A stretch of DNA of 64,000 nt, taken from the NCBI GenBank assembly GCA_016179745.1, contig JACPCP010000022.1, positions 3,536-67,535 of the forward strand, read 5' to 3'. This stretch comes from Candidatus Omnitrophota bacterium (GTDB taxonomy: Bacteria > Omnitrophota > Omnitrophia > Omnitrophales > JACQLI01). The translations under genes were made by a program, and so were the position numbers. The notes beneath the pieces were generated by a model. It was not told the DNA's origin, did not search any database, and saw nothing but the letters and a program-made list of their open reading frames with translations. Positions 63,182 through 64,000 of this stretch are shown here, piece after piece; positions within the stretch are counted from its first letter, which is position 1; each line of letters begins with the position of its first letter.

Positions 63182-64000
63182 CGGAGGAGGCCCTCCTCTT
63201 CCGGGAAACCGGCCCGGACATTCAGATTTTGAACGGCCTGCCCGCTCGCCCCCTTCACCAAATTGTCGATGGCCGTGACCACGATGAGCGTGTCCGAACC
63301 GGGGTCCGAAGTAAAACCGATCTCGCAGAAATTTGTCTCCTGGACCTTTTGGAGCGTTGGAAATTCTCCGTCCGGCAGAACCCGGACAAAAGGCTCATCG
63401 CCGTAAGCCTGCTCAAAACTCTCCCGCACCTTCGAGGCCCGCACGCCGGCCCGCTTCTTCAAATAGATCGTGGCCAGGATCCCCCGACGGAGCGGCAACA
63501 GGTGAGGAACAAAGGTCAAACGCACGTCCGTCCCTGCCGCCTCGGAAAGGACTTGTTCCATCTCCGGCGTGTGTTGGTGACGGCCGACCTTGTAAGCATA
63601 AAAATTTTCGTCCACCTCGCAAAATTGAGTGGCGGGATTCAGCTTTTTTCCGGCCCCGGTGACCCCGGACTTGGCGTCCACCACGATCGAGTCGAGTTCC
63701 ACGAGTCCGTCCTTGACGAGCGGTGCAATGCCTAGACAGGCGGCCGTCGGGTAACAGCCCGGATTGGCAATGAGGTCCGCCTTCCGGATCTTGTCTCGAT
63801 AAAGTTCCGGGAGCCCGTAGACGGCCTTCGGCAAAAGCCTTTTGGCCTGATGCTTCACGCCATACCACTTTTCGTAGACAGCACTGGAGCGCAGGCGGAA
63901 ATCCGCTGACAGGTCAATCACGATTTTTCCCACCCTCAAAAATTTCGCCGACAGGTCCATGGCCTCGGTGTGGGGAAGCGCCAGAAAAACGACGTCCGCC
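63178..64000 (-). CDS. argC: N-acetyl-gamma-glutamyl-phosphate reductase (5' end outside window)
   Basis: Contains ANPGCYPTA (catalytic Cys), DAKSGVTGAG and DNLVKGASGQAVQN. The reading frame continues to the window edge (ADVVFLALPHTEAMDLS). Confidence 0.85.
   Translation of the reverse strand, partial: ADVVFLALPHTEAMDLSAKFLRVGKIVIDLSADFRLRSSAVYEKWYGVKHQAKRLLPKAVYGLPELYRDKIRKADLIANPGCYPTAACLGIAPLVKDGLVELDSIVVDAKSGVTGAGKKLNPATQFCEVDENFYAYKVGRHQHTPEMEQVLSEAAGTDVRLTFVPHLLPLRRGILATIYLKKRAGVRASKVRESFEQAYGDEPFVRVLPDGEFPTLQKVQETNFCEIGFTSDPGSDTLIVVTAIDNLVKGASGQAVQNLNVRAGFPEEEGLLR

Noticed and set aside
1-64000. CRISPR arrays, transposases, integrases, phage genes, toxin-antitoxin pairs, retron or DGR reverse transcriptases.
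   Set aside because: None was recognised on either strand. The only repeat structures are the short ones listed above, so no mobile element is called.

Overview
This 64-kb window is a moderately GC-rich (judged by eye) bacterial chromosomal segment. Almost all genes lie on the minus strand, packed tightly with many 4-nt ATGA/GTGA start-stop overlaps. I saw no transposase, integrase, CRISPR array or phage genes.

Gene content, left to right:
- comEC, then an envelope-polymer-like cluster: processive GT2 synthase, PEGA protein, GspB-like protein and ExeA-like ATPase.
- GH35 beta-galactosidase, leuS, tRNA-Ala and tRNA-Leu.
- A class-III aminotransferase with an aldehyde dehydrogenase, then surE.
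- An Rrf2-regulated NMT1/SsuA-type ABC transporter.
- ydjC, acpS, and a bactofilin-HTH / membrane-HTH gene pair.
- On the plus strand: an SGNH hydrolase and bcp.
- A methyltransferase, then an odd tRNA-Lys/tRNA-Glu locus.
- frr-pyrH-tsf-rpsB, mscS, a split MetE pair, aspA, korAB and a DUF2203 gene.
- tRNA-Pro, hup, gpsA.
- A proteostasis operon: acidic membrane protein, FtsH-like protease, lipoprotein, hrcA, grpE, dnaJ, vanZ. It contains no dnaK.
- uvrA, then a three-gene outer-membrane cluster containing a 1551-aa protein.
- An 11-gene arginine plus lysine operon: argC-J-B-D-F-G-H-lysA-dapF-dapA-dapB.

Most notable observations:
1. An 18-19-bp palindrome-containing unit (GGGGACTGTCCCC) is tandemly duplicated inside both leuS and dapF, exactly where the proteins carry extra residues.
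2. dapB and argJ are each broken by an internal out-of-frame gap. tsf, mscS and the ftsH-like gene look shortened in frame.
3. The tRNA-Glu copy lacks a complementary 5' acceptor strand. It is followed by a roughly 165-nt stem-closed structured element that ends in a 20-bp copy of the tRNA 3' end.
4. Candidate novel modules: the bactofilin-HTH pair, the giant-barrel outer-membrane cluster, and the ExeA/GspB-GT2-PEGA cluster.

All functional calls rest on motif recognition by eye, with no searches run. The ORF track prints M for GTG and TTG starts, so several starts were re-derived from the nucleotides.
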